From contig NW_027361741.1 in assembly GCF_039654945.1 (NCBI RefSeq), forward strand, positions 7,998,001-8,062,000: a DNA stretch of 64,000 nucleotides, in the 5' to 3' direction. This document shows positions 12,534 to 24,699 of the stretch, piece after piece. Positions within the stretch are counted from its first letter, which is position 1, and each line of letters opens with the position of its first letter. A program made the position numbers and the translations under genes. This DNA comes from Dendrobates tinctorius (lineage: Eukaryota). Below the pieces are notes generated by a model. That model did no database searches, was not told where the DNA came from, and was given only the letters and a program-made list of their open reading frames with translations.

Positions 12534-13715
12534 ATGTGTGATCACTTCGGTGTCATCCTTCACATTCCCATTTACAAAATTCTACAGTATACATTTTGTA
12601 CATAAAGTTTACAAAATGTTTTAGATTTTATGTAGGTCAGATAAATAGCCTTCCCTCCATAGAAATGGCCATGTCTCCACCTTCTAGGCTGTGTTTAAAC
12701 ATTATGACCACAGTGCATGTTTTTCAGTGACTTTCTGAAAACCAGTGCCGTTTTGACGCTTATTCCAGAACTTGTGACAAACATGATGAACATCATGCAA
12801 TGTGTGAAAGCAGACTGAGGCTTCCTACATAGTTAAATTTCAGCATTTTTTGGGATGGAAGTGTGTGGGCGAGGGGGGATTGTGAAAAAAATCTATGATT
12901 TTAATGTATGTTATATTTTAGCTTTTTTCACGCAGAGAATTTTTAACATGTATTTCAAATGTATTTTTCTAATACATGGGAACACGCATGGATAAGGAGT
13001 AGAACACCATGCCTGGAACATGCTGGGTTTTGAAAAAAACACAGCAATGACCAACCCCCTACAGAAAAACTAATTGTTTGTAATGTATTTAGTATTTTGC
13101 AAAGTGATAACTGGCTACAGCGTTTAAAAAGCACAAAAGAAAAAAAAAAACACACTGTAAAACTCCAGAGTGAATGCACACCAATTATGACTAATCAGAA
13201 ATCTTCAATTTTCAAGATACCATGTAAGATCACTGTTTCTAAATTCACATTTAGATGACTTATTACTTTGTAATTATTTGGACAACTTTGGAATAAATGA
13301 TAGATCTTTCCTGTTAAAACATGACAGGAAGATATTACAATAAACACCACCAATCCATATTTCCACACTCCATACACAGACTTCAGTATATGAAATGCGT
13401 GGTGTACAGATGACTGAGTTATACATTGACAGCTTACTGAAACCATAGGATCCTTTAAAGGAGTCAGATGTATCAAATCTCTAAAGTGAAGGACAAATTG
13501 ATGTTTAAAAATGACAAAAAACTGGTACAGTCCAATGCTTTCTGTAGAAATAAATCAGAAATGACCAGTTAAAACAATGGCCCCGACATCCTAATACCCT
13601 ATAGTCTAATTCTTAAACTTAAATTCTCTTATCTGTCGTTATTGCATTTTTTGGAAGGGGTGGGCATAGTCATCAATTCTAATACCTCTCCTGTCCTTTC
13701 AGAAACATAGGGATA

Positions 13716-13935
13716 CACACGTGGTCAAAATTGTTGGTACCCCTCTTGTAATGTCAGAAAACTCCACAATGGTGACAGAAATAACTTGAATCTGACAAAA
13801 GTAATAATAAATCAAAACTCTATGAAAATGAACAATGAAAGTCAGACATTGTTTTTCAACCATGCATCCACAGAATTTTTTTAAAAATAAAACTCATGGG
13901 ATAGGCCTGGACAGAAATGATGGTACCCCTGAAAA
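13716..13935. mobile_element. Solo Tc1 IR/DR-type TIR
   Basis: TA+CACACGTGGTCAAAATTGTTGGTACCCCT, with an inner direct repeat GATGGTACCCCT ~200 bp downstream. Confidence 0.7.
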
Positions 13936-15994
13936 TAGACTTTATTAATTGTGTTTTCTTTTGTAGTCCTGAATGTACCTAGTATCTGCACCTTCTTCAC
14001 AAATGTCATACAACATAATGACATAGAGTTTAACATGAACCTATCACAAGATTTCACAATACAAACTGCACACATTATTAAATAGATTTCTTAAACCTGA
14101 TAAGGATTCTGAATTTGCTTTGAAAATCCATATGAAAATGGCTGTACAGTCCTTTATGAAAGTTTAAATTCCATCTTTGTCTAACTTGCCTGATTGACAG
14201 CTCCTCAGTGTCTTTCCTACTGCGGAAATCTCACACTGCTCAGTACAAGCTGCAGCTTCCAATCAGGCTGGGTGGCCGGAGGCTGGATACATTTGGGCTC
14301 ATGAACAATTTCATTCTTTAGCCGAACTCCTTTAATTCTCTTTTTCAATAGGTTTAATTTAGATTTGAATGTACAATAATTAACAATAGTAACTGTACCA
14401 AAACTAGCAGTCCTGCCCTTCTGGTGCTTTTACCGTATCAGCAGTCCATGCAAAGTAGTGTGACAGCAGCAAGCAAAAAAGAAAGCCTTGAGTAGAATTA
14501 CAAAAAACAATAGATTAGTGTTATGAAATCCTTTGGTAGACCTGCTTTAATTATGCTGCGCATTTTTGGATAAGGGATATTACCATAATCTATTCCTATT
14601 GATCATGTCTTCCGTATAAGGAAAGCACCAACAGCCAAACTAGAGTGGCTTGTTTTGTCATGTCACAATACTTTTAGCAAGTCCAGGACATTTTTACTAG
14701 CTGCAGACTTGGCACAATGAAATTAACAGTTGCATTTAGTAGGGCAAGAATATTAAAACAAAATATAAAGGGTCATTAAACAGAGTGATCAATAAAACAG
14801 TAATAATTCTTTTTTCCTATAAACTTATCCTAGAAGCCTCTTCTTGCAGTGCATACAATTGTAGTCTTTAATATCAGATTTCTTGTATATGGTCATTAGA
14901 TAATATTATTTATTTTGCAAGCATGTTATACATTTTTCTGCAGTGCTATATACTTATTTTCCACAAATGTATTCTTAGCACTAACTTCCATCGTAATGGT
15001 AGTTACCTATTAATAATTGTTCGGCAGGATGTGAAGCACATCTTAATTAGCCACCCAGCTCTTGAGGGGTTAATCATGTGAAAGAAGCCAGCAATGACTG
15101 TACCTATAGTTGTGTCTCTGCTTGGGCCAGCCACGCACTTCTCTATCAAGGGCATGACAGCCGAGATTCATTGCAAGACCAAGAAAATGCCAGCTAATCC
15201 TTTCTGTGAGACATTGATAGACTAGCAACTTGGGAAGGATTGTACAGCAGTAATGAAATTAGGCCTGAAACTGCTAGTCGATTGCAGATAATTACCCTTG
15301 TCTGTCACCAAGAATAACAATCTTCCAAAGCTATCGACGCCATCATAGTCTCTCCCATCCTTTAAGACACTAATACTGCAGATGCATGATCATAATGGTC
15401 TCATCCCTGCAATTTAGACTCAGGGACCTTGTATCATTTTGCTGATCTTCAGGCATGGATGTAACCGGAGCTGGCATTACATTTACTGGTGCGCCTTTCT
15501 TGTATTGACATAAATCCATGCCTCCAGGCAGCTTGGTACTAAAATGGCCATAGCCCGCTGTCCAAACCTGTGGCATCTCGGCACGTGCTGCTTTAACATA
15601 TTAAAATCATATCACTTGTGTTAGATCATCCATAGCCTGCTCGACTATGGTCAAATATTAAAAAAGTAATATGGAAAGAATTAAATCATAAAAAGTTGCC
15701 AACAATGAGCGCCTTTGTCCAAATTTGAGCATCTCAATTAAATCTCAGTTTGCACTGTAAATCTGGAATTAAATGTAGCATTCTACTGTATTACATATAC
15801 GATATACAGTATATAGCTTCACAAATGTCCAACTTCTCTAGATGTGTCATAATGAAACATTATGCACTCATCAATGAGCCATAACAACAAAAAAAACCCC
15901 CAAACACTTGCCTAATATTGTCTAGGTCTCCTATGTACTACATAATGTCTGAAGGCATCTAGTGATATCTGCCATCAAGATGTTAGCAGTATTA

Positions 15995-16330
15995 CACCGC
16001 GTCCCAAATTATTATGCAAATGCTATTTTTCTCTTATTTTCCCAAATGGCCGATGCAAATGAGTCAGTATAACGTTCAAATCATCAACCATTGGACTATA
16101 AATCAATTTTTACTGGACAAACACCCCTATGGTAACAGTATTTTTTTTTTCAAAACTAACAAAAAATAAAATGCACTGTTCCAAATTATTATGGACAACA
16201 GTTTCCAAATATTTTGTAGGTTATAAAGAACTCAAAATGGTCATTTGTTGAATTTACAGCATTAAGGTGTCACATTTACTGAAATCAAAAGCTTCTTTAC
16301 TCAAAAACATTTTAAAAGGCCAAGTTACCA
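15995..16330 (+). mobile_element. Left end of a Tc1-like (probably DD37E/TRT) element
   Basis: TA+CACCGCGTCCCAAATTATTATGCAA; inner repeat CACTGTTCCAAATTATTATG at ~16174. Resembles the reverse complement of the terminus at 21806. Confidence 0.65.
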
Positions 16331-16486
16331 TGCCTTTTAATATTTCTTGCTCTGAAAGATGGGTTAGGGCTTATTTTCAGGGGATGTCTTATGTTTTTTC
16401 CATGAACAACAATACACATTTATCCTTGATCAAAAAATCAATATTTATTCAAATATAATCATGTCATCACACACACACTGCACATA

Positions 16487-18967
16487 CAGTTGTGCTCAAA
16501 TTTTACATGTATCGGCAGAATTTTTGCTTTCTTGGCTTTTTCTCTGAGAATATGAATGATAATATCACCAAAATTTTTTCTCCACTCATGGATAGTGGTT
16601 GTGTGAAGCCATTTATTGTCAAACTACTGTGTGTTTTCTCTTTTTAAATCATAATGACAACCCAAACCATCCAAATGGCCCTGATCAAAAGTTTACATAC
16701 CACATTTCTTAATGCCGTGTATTGCCCCTCTAACATCAATGACAGCATGAAGTCTTTTGTGGTAGTTGTGGAAGAGGTCCTTTATTTTCTCAGGTAAAGC
16801 TGCTCACTCTTCTTGGCAAAAAGCCTCCAGTTCCTGTAAATTCCTGGGCTGTCTAGCATGAACTGCGTGATTGAGATCTTCCCAGAATGGATCAATGATA
16901 TTGTGGTCAGGAAACGGAGATGGCCACTCTAGAACCTTCACTTTGTTCTGCTGTAGCCAATAACAGGTCGACTTGGCATTGTGTTTTGGATCGTTGTTAT
17001 GTTGGAACGTCGAAGTACGTCCCATGCGCAGCTTCCGGGCTGATGATTACAAATTTGCTTCCAGTATTTGCTGACAACGTGTTGCATTCATCTTTCCTTC
17101 AACACAATTTTCCTGTGCTTTTGTAAATCACACATCCCCAAAACATCAGCAATCTACCTCCATGCTTTACAGTAGGAATGATGTTCCTTTCATCATAGGT
17201 CTTGTTGACTTCTCGCCAAATGTAACGTTTATGGTTTTGGCCAAAAAGTTAAGTTTTGATCTCATCACTCCAAATTACCTTGTTCCAGAAGTTTTGAGGC
17301 TTGTCTCAGTGCCGTTTTGCATATTGTAGGCGAGATACTTTGTGGCATTTGTGCAGTAATGGCTTTCTTCTGGCGACTCGAACATTCAGCCCATTTTTCT
17401 TCAAGTGCCTCCTTATTGGGCATCTTGAAACAGCCACACTGCTAGTTTTCAGACAGTACAGTATTTCAGCTGATGTTTTTTGTGTGTTTTTCTTTGCATC
17501 TCGAACAATTTTCTTGGCAGTTGTGGATGAAGTTTTTGTTGGTCTACCTGACCGTGGTTTTGTTTTTACAGAGCCCCTGATTTTCCATTTGCTAATCACA
17601 GTTTGAATGCTGCTGACTGGTATTATCAGTTCTTTGGATAGCTTTCTGTATCCCTTTCCTGTTTTATACAGTTAACTACCTTTTCACGTATATCCGTTGA
17701 CAAGTCTTTTGCTTTCCCCAAGACTCACAATCCAGAAATGTCAGTGGCTGGTGTTGTGAACTATCTCGATTTGACTTCTGGGTCAGGGCTCCCTCTGGTG
17801 GTTACTGTGGGTAGTGGAGCTGGCCAAAGTCTGCCACCTGACGACAAGGATTGGAGATCAGGGGTCACTGATTGGAGTATTTAAGTGAGCAGGCTTCCTC
17901 CTGTTCCCTGCTGGTGATTAGTTTTTTCCTGTGCATCCTGAGGTCTGATGTCTCCTGCCTGATCCTGCATTTTTCAGTTAAGTTGTTCATTTGCTAATCC
18001 TTTGCATCTGATCTGGTTTTGTCTCTTTCTGCTTGTGAGGGCTCAGCGTGCTCCCTGCTGGGGGCAGTGCAGGACCCCACTCCATATGTTACAGCTTGTG
18101 TCAGTTTGTTCAGTCCCCTGTTATATTAGTCTCTTTTGCTTTGCTGCCAGTTCATACCAGAATGCTGATATAGTGGGGGCGAGGTCATGAGACCTCAGTG
18201 TTTTTTTGTACATCAGATGTGTTGGATTTTTTAGGGTTTTTGCGTGATTGCATACAGTGTCTTTCCTTTCCTATCCTATCTAGTCAGTTTGGGCCCCATC
18301 ATTTTCCCAGTCTATTTTCTACCTGCGTTTGTGTCTCATCCTGTTTCACTGACAATATATGTTTGGGGGCTATCTATTCCTTTGGGGTTCTACTCCAGGG
18401 CAGTTTAGATTTCACCTTTCTTGCTTTAGGCTTAGTTAGCTCTCCGGCTGTGCATCTAGGGCATCGTAGGTACGCTCCACGGCTACTGTTAGTTGTGTTG
18501 TTAGGATTAGGGGTCTGCAATCCGCTAAGTTACCAACCTTTCTGGTTTCCTGGTGGCCTAGCCTATTCCTGCCATCCTCCTCGGTGATCAGTTCATAACA
18601 GGCTGGATGAAAGATGCAAGAGTATGTCTGGATCCCAGAGACTCACTCAGCTTTAATGCACACACACTGATTACAAGCAAACAGGTCACAGGTGAGGATG
18701 TTACCTTAAGTATCCATTCAAACCCATTTGTATCAACTTCTGTGCATGTTATTATCACCAGGGTATGTGAATTTTTGATCAGGGTCATTTGGATGTTTTG
18801 GGTTGTCATTATGATTTAAAAAGAGAAAACACAGTAGTTTGACAATAAATGGCTTCACCCATCCACTAACTATTAGTGTAGAAAAAGTTTTGGTGTTATC
18901 ATTCATATTCTCTGAAAAAAGGAAAGCAAAAATTCTGCCAGAGTATGTAAACGTTTGAGCACACCTG
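16487..18967 (-). mobile_element. Tc1 IR/DR transposon, full span, decayed, interrupted by a solo LTR
   Basis: ~210-bp TIRs CAGTTGTGCTCAAA...TTTGAGCACACCTG with TA flanks. Fragments KPRSGRPTK, RVARRKPLL and FQHNNDPKH...VLEWPS. Confidence 0.93.
17752..18600 (+). mobile_element. Solo LTR related to the chromovirus LTRs at 46-61 kb
   Basis: TGTTGTGAA...TTCATAACA termini. Shares GGGCAGTTTAGATTTC, CTAGGGCATCGTAGG and CCACGGCTACTG with those LTRs. GGCTGG flanks both sides. Confidence 0.9.
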
Positions 18968-20243
18968 TATATATGTATACACAAACACACTACACATGCT
19001 CATGTAAATATACACACACTGCACATAAGGTATGTGCCAACCTGTCTTCTCTTCAGATTCTCTGGGCTCCTGCAGTTAAAGGACCTTTAGTGATATCACG
19101 TGACTGTGATGTCACCAAAGGTCTTTAAGCAGTGTTAACCTTAGAATAGAAAAGCTGGAGGCTCCTGAGAGAGTGGGGGGCCCTGAGAAATTGCCCAGTT
19201 TTCCCCCCACTTCCTTTTCACACCGATCCTGCACACCAGCAGTTTCCCTAGACTTTTGGTGACATGGTCACATACTTGTGATGTCACCAAAAGTCCTTAA
19301 GCAGTTTTAACCTCGGAATAGAAATGTTGGGGGCCTCTAACAGAGTGGGGGCCCTGGGCTGCTAACCAGTTTGAAACACAGGTTCTGACTGTAACTAGGG
19401 CTTATTTTTGAAGTAGGGATTAGATTTCAAGCATACTCCAAAAATCTTGTAAAATCATTCTAGGGATTATTTTTGCGGTATGGCTAAATTTCAGAATTCA
19501 ATCTGGTGCTTGGTCTTGGTCGGATTCCCTCTCCGCTGGGCTACAATCCTTTTCATCTCTGTCCAAATGCTGATTGTTTGTTTTGTCTTGATTTTATCTT
19601 CTTGGTTGGCTTCTCTCCAGGTGTTTTCCATTTTTTCTTTTGGTTCTGTTCGATCACATTTTGTTCATTTGTTGTCCTTCTATCCTTGTACTAATGTAAC
19701 GTGGCATGGGACAGTAGCCATGGTTGAGGTGCTCATCTTCTGCTCCCAGGTACATTACATGTAAGTGGAGGTCCTGGTTGGGTGTTTGGACTTGTACTGT
19801 GAGGGCATTACGCACATGCAGGCACCATATTCTATCTCTCAATGTTAAAATAGCCTACTCTTAAAATTATAGACTGTTCATGTCTTTGTCAGGGGGTAAA
19901 CTTACAAAATCAGCAAGGGATCAAATACTTACTTCATTCGCTTCACATTTCACATTACACTACATAACAGTAAACCTGTTTCTTCAAGGTAAACATGGGC
20001 AGCATGTCCATATCCTTACATTAACTACATACAAAGAATACCCAAAAAACTTGGTGTATTGAAGATGCTCTTACCCAGTCATTTAGCCATAAAAATAAAG
20101 CCTGTCCATTTCCTGCTTCTAAAACAACTTCAAAAACTGACATAGTGAATACCTAATATATTTGAAATAGTACCTATGCCTAAAACTAACAGGTCTTAAA
20201 GGGGGTGTCCCAACAAAATAAAAAGGATCCTCCAGCGCCTTAA

Positions 20244-20712
20244 AGGGATCCTGTCATGTGAAAAATGGTATTAACCTGCAGACATGGGGTTAATCTGCAG
20301 GTTAATAGCATTCCGAAACTGTCCGTCACCCCCTTTTAGACCCCCGTGCCGTGAGGAAATGAACTTTATACCTTCCGGTAATGTTTGGGTTTCAGTTACA
20401 AGGGTATCGCTGTTATGGGTTTAGTGACCACTCTGTGTATAGAGAGCGGCTACTGTAACCGCTCCCCCAGCACTGACAGCTGGCCCTAATGATGAGCTGC
20501 TGTTAGTCAGTGCCAGGGACACTGAATGGTGACTAAACCCGCACCTGCACTGGTACGTGACTAAAACCGAACTATACCAGGAGGAAAAAGTTAATTTCCT
20601 CCCGGCAGCAAGGGTCTAAGTGCCAGTGCCGGGCAGGTTCAGAATGCTATTAACCTGCAGATTATCCCCATATCTGCAGGTTAATAGCATTTTTTCACAT
20701 GACAGTTTCCCT
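20244..20712. mobile_element. Kolobok/T2-type MITE
   Basis: TTAA on both flanks. TIR AGGGATCCTGTCATGTGAAAAA...TTTTTCACATGACAGTTTCCCT, with long palindromic arms. Confidence 0.9.
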
Positions 20713-20928
20713 TTAAAGTGCATTTGATCAGCTCTTATTGTGATTATAGCTGCCAATACGCATTAGATTAATAAGTGTAGGGACCTCCCAAATGTTGATG
20801 GCCAGAGGGGCAGTACATAAGATAGCCTTCATACTTGTATGCAGCTTCTATAAGTAAATGACAAAAAAGTGTATGAAAATGCATAAGTAGCCTATTAGCA
20901 CAAAGGGTTTGAGTACTAAAATGATAAA

Positions 20929-21806
20929 CAGATGGATGGGCCCAAGGCTGGATCAGTAAATGGCAGAGAGCTCCACTCCGACTCAGACGCCAGCAAGGTG
21001 GAGGTGGGGTACTGGTATGGGCTGGTATCATCAAAGATGAACTTGTGGGACCTTTTCGGGTTGAGGATGGAGTGAAGCTCAACTCCCAAATCTACTGGCA
21101 GTTTCTGGAAGACATCTTCTTCAAGCAGTGGTACAGGAAGAAGTCGGTATCGTTCAAGAAAAACATGATTTTCATGCAGGACAATGCTCCATCACATGCA
21201 CCCAAATACTCCACAGCGTGACTGGCCAGTAAAGGTCTAAAAGAAGAAAGAATAATGACATGGCCCCCTTGTTCACCTGATCTGAACCCCATAGAGAACC
21301 TGTGGTCCCTCATAAAATGTGAGATCTACAGGGAGTGAAAACATTACACCTCTCCGAATAGTGTCTGGGAGGCTGTGGTGGCTGTGGCATGCAATGTTGA
21401 TCGTAAACAGATCAAGCAACTGACAGAATCTATGGATGGAAGGCTTTTGAGTGTCAACGTAAAGAAAGATGGCTATATTGGTCACTGATTTTTTTGTTTT
21501 GTTTTTGAATGTCAGAAATGTTTATTTCTAAATGTTGTGTTGCTCTATTGGCTTACCTGGTGAAAATAAACAAATGAGATGGGTATATAATTGGTTTTTA
21601 TTAAGTTGCCTAATAATTCTGCACTGTAATAGTTACCTGCACAAAGAGATATCCTCCTAAGATAGCCAAATCTAAAAAAAAACCCACTCCAACTTCCAAA
21701 AATATTAAGCTTTGATATCTTTTGGGTTGATTGAGAACATAGTTGTTATTCAATAATAAAAAGAATCCTCTCAAATACAACTTGCCTAATAATTCTGCAC
21801 ATGGTG
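20929..21806 (+). mobile_element. Tc1-like DD37E (TRT) transposon, 3' half
   Basis: Translates RRQQGGGGVLVWAGII...FMQDNAPSH...WPPCSPDLNPIENLW, with 37 codons between D and E and one internal stop. Right TIR TAATAATTCTGCACATGGTG+TA. Confidence 0.9.
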
Positions 21807-21877
21807 TATTTGTTCCTGTATAAAGAATCTCTGTTGTCACACGCTTGGAGAGGATCCTGAATAATCCACTGCCAACA

Positions 21878-21891
21878 GGTTATGGGCCCAG
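21878..21891 (+). promoter_or_regulatory. Copia primer-binding site (half-tRNAi-Met type)
   Basis: GGTTATGGGCCCAG immediately follows the LTR-terminal CA, the same PBS type as Drosophila copia. Confidence 0.9.
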
Positions 21892-21962
21892 AGTAACACA
21901 GAACCCCAGAGAAACACAGAAACAGAAGCCCAGAGCAAAAGAAACACAGAGCAACAGAGAAG

Positions 21963-23539
21963 ATGTCCACTAGCAGCAATCCTGTCAAGTTCTCATTGCC
22001 AAGCCTCACTAACCAGAACTACCAGTCCTGGAAATTCAAGGTGAAGATGCTGCTCATAAGAGAAGGGACGTGGAAATATACTCAGGAACAAGTGCCTCAT
22101 CCATTACCAGATAATTGGCTAGAGAAGGAACAGAGGTACAAAGAAAAAAAGCAGTGTGTATAGGCGTCACGATCACCCATATGAATAGATTGTCCAAACA
22201 AATAATAAAATCAATGTAGTAAATTTTATTATTACAAAAACACACTAATCAGACAAACAAAAGATAAAAACAATTAAAAAAAAGCCTATTAAAGGCCCAC
22301 ATAAGCTCACCAAGGTGTCGCAATAGCATCTTTCAGGTCCACCCTATATCAGTATGTTATATACAAGTCTAATAATTCATTGGGGCACACATCCACCTTG
22401 CCTCAGATTTTTTGAGGCAGTTTTTTCAACCATATTTATAGCTGTGGGAAAGTCTCTATGTTCTTTATTGTGGGTTATCATGCTATGCGTTTACATTGGG
22501 ACTTGGTAACTGATTGATTTGCTTGACAATATTTAGCATTTTTTTATGTGCTTATGTTGAGATATTGTTTCTGTATTTAATCCAGGATTTGTCACTTGCA
22601 TATTTGTATATTACCTACGTTTGCCAGCTTGGTGTAATAGGGTACATGGGGGTCCTTACACGAACCTTGGTGGTCTTATATGGGCCTTTTATAGGCTTTT
22701 TTAATTGTTTTTATCTTTTACTACATTGATTATTATTTGTTTGGACAATCTATTCATATGGGTGATCGTGACTCCTATACACACTGCTTTTTTCTTTGTA
22801 CTTCTGTTGTTATTGTGTGCTGTCACAGATCCCCTAAAACATTCTGGAGTACCCTCAAACTTTATCTTAGAAGAGAAGGAACAGAAAGCACAAAGCACGA
22901 TCTCCCTCAGTGTAGATGATAATCAGATTGTGCATATATGCAAATGTCCAACTGCAAAGGAGATGTGGGATGAGTTACAGAAAGTGCATGAAAGTTCAAA
23001 GCTCAGCAATAAACTTTCTCTTATGAGAAAGCTGTATCAGTCTAAGCTAAGTGATGGACAGAATATGTAGGACTATATAAGAAACACCCTAGAGATCGTG
23101 GAGCATCTCAGGGGTATTGGAGAAGAAATTAAAGATTTTCATGTTGCTGCACTTCTATTTAGAGAGTTATGACAAACTCGTGACAGCACTAGATGCATGG
23201 CCACATGATGAGCTGACACTAGAGTATTAAAGGCAAACTTGTGGATGAATTCAAGAGAAAAATGCAGCATGTAAGCAACAGTAATGAATCCAGAGCAGAA
23301 ACAGCATTGAAGACACAGGATTTCACTAAATATAAGATCAATCTAAGAGATACTCGTGAATATTTTGTCCAAGCCACCTTAAAAGCAGACTGGAGAATTT
23401 GAAAAGCAAGAATAAGTCAGCTTAAAAAGAACAGTCATAAAAGGGTTAAAACAGCTGTAAAGGAAGATTTTGCATGTGTTGAAGCTGCATTTAATGCCAG
23501 TACAGACCCATCTGTGAGCTTATATGTTGTATAGATTCT
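21963..23539 (+). pseudogene. gag: copia gag (interrupted, with stops and frameshifts)
   Basis: ORF 21963-22134 joins the 22886-23070 segment (WLEKEQ|KAQSTISLSV) once the insert is removed. Confidence 0.85.
22135..22871. mobile_element. Non-coding foldback retro-insertion (possibly Penelope-derived) with 14-bp TSD
   Basis: AGAGAAGGAACAGA at 22121-22134 and 22872-22885. 22136-22228 is the reverse complement of 22716-22801. Confidence 0.6.
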
Positions 23540-24464
23540 TGTCATGTCACATGATATAGAATCATACAGACAGTATTGCATTTTATTATATTGTTGTTGT
23601 CATTGCTGCAGTATAGATCTGTCCCTTTTAGAGGTTTTCTCCTCCCCCTTTGCATGTGACTCTCATTTCTGTAACTACTCCCTTCTTCTCCATCTTTGAG
23701 TCTATCTCCATCTTGGAGACACACGTTTTACACAGCTCTATATAAAGAAAGTCTTTTTTTACCTACTGTAACTGTGCATTATGCTAGGATTCAGCTGAGA
23801 ATAAACCTTCTACTGGACTCTTCAAACGTACTCTTTTCCAGTCAAGGTAACCTATCTGCGGACATCACTAAACGTGAATAATGGTATACAGATGCCATGG
23901 GATGGCAGTCTAAGTGCCCAACACTTGCAGTTTAGCCATGGAGGCAGAATAGTAAAAAGAGACTCCTGCAGTTACATCTGTAAAGTCAGTCTCCAGCTTC
24001 TACAAGTCAGAATAGACATCAGAAGATCTGCTTACATCATATATATACCGTCAGCTTGTATCAGCTTGTGTGAAGCATAGCCCCTCCCCCAGCCTTCACC
24101 TTGCAGAGACTGTAGCACCTTATATTACACAGATCTCAATTGCCTGTGAGTTACAATGGCTGAAGGAAAGTCTACAATATCTTTATAAGAATTCTCAGCC
24201 AGCGACAGACCAAAGCGTTCTGCTAAGCCATCAAGGAAAGCTACAGAGAACCTTGAAATCATTAAACATGAACTTTCTTGTAATATATCCGTCTTATGGC
24301 AAAGGCTGCAGAGTCACATTAACAGCATCTCCCAGTATGCCTTTCACGATTTACCACCAGAGGGAGCCCTTGAACAATTATACTCTGCATACCAGTCTTA
24401 CAAAGACACTTGCAAAAACTACATCTCTACTCTGCTGAAATTAAAAATGACAGAGTCTCTAAAG

Positions 24465-24647
24465 CAGTGTTTCCCAAACTTCAGTCCTCACAGACCCCAT
24501 GGGTCATGTTTTCAGGATTTCCATAGTGTTGCACAGGAGAGATAATTCCTGATGCCTTGATGATATTTCCACCATCTGAGTAATTCTATGGAAATCCTGA
24601 AAACATGACCCGTGGGGTCCGTGAAGACTGGAGTTTGGGAAACACTG
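24465..24647. mobile_element. hAT (Charlie-like) MITE inside BEL gag
   Basis: TIR CAGTGTTTCCCAAACT...AGTTTGGGAAACACTG; exact 8-bp TSD CTCTAAAG; palindromic body. Confidence 0.95.
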
Positions 24648-24699
24648 CTCTAAAGGAATACTAGTACTTTAAATAGCTCAATGCCGAATGAGATAGCAC

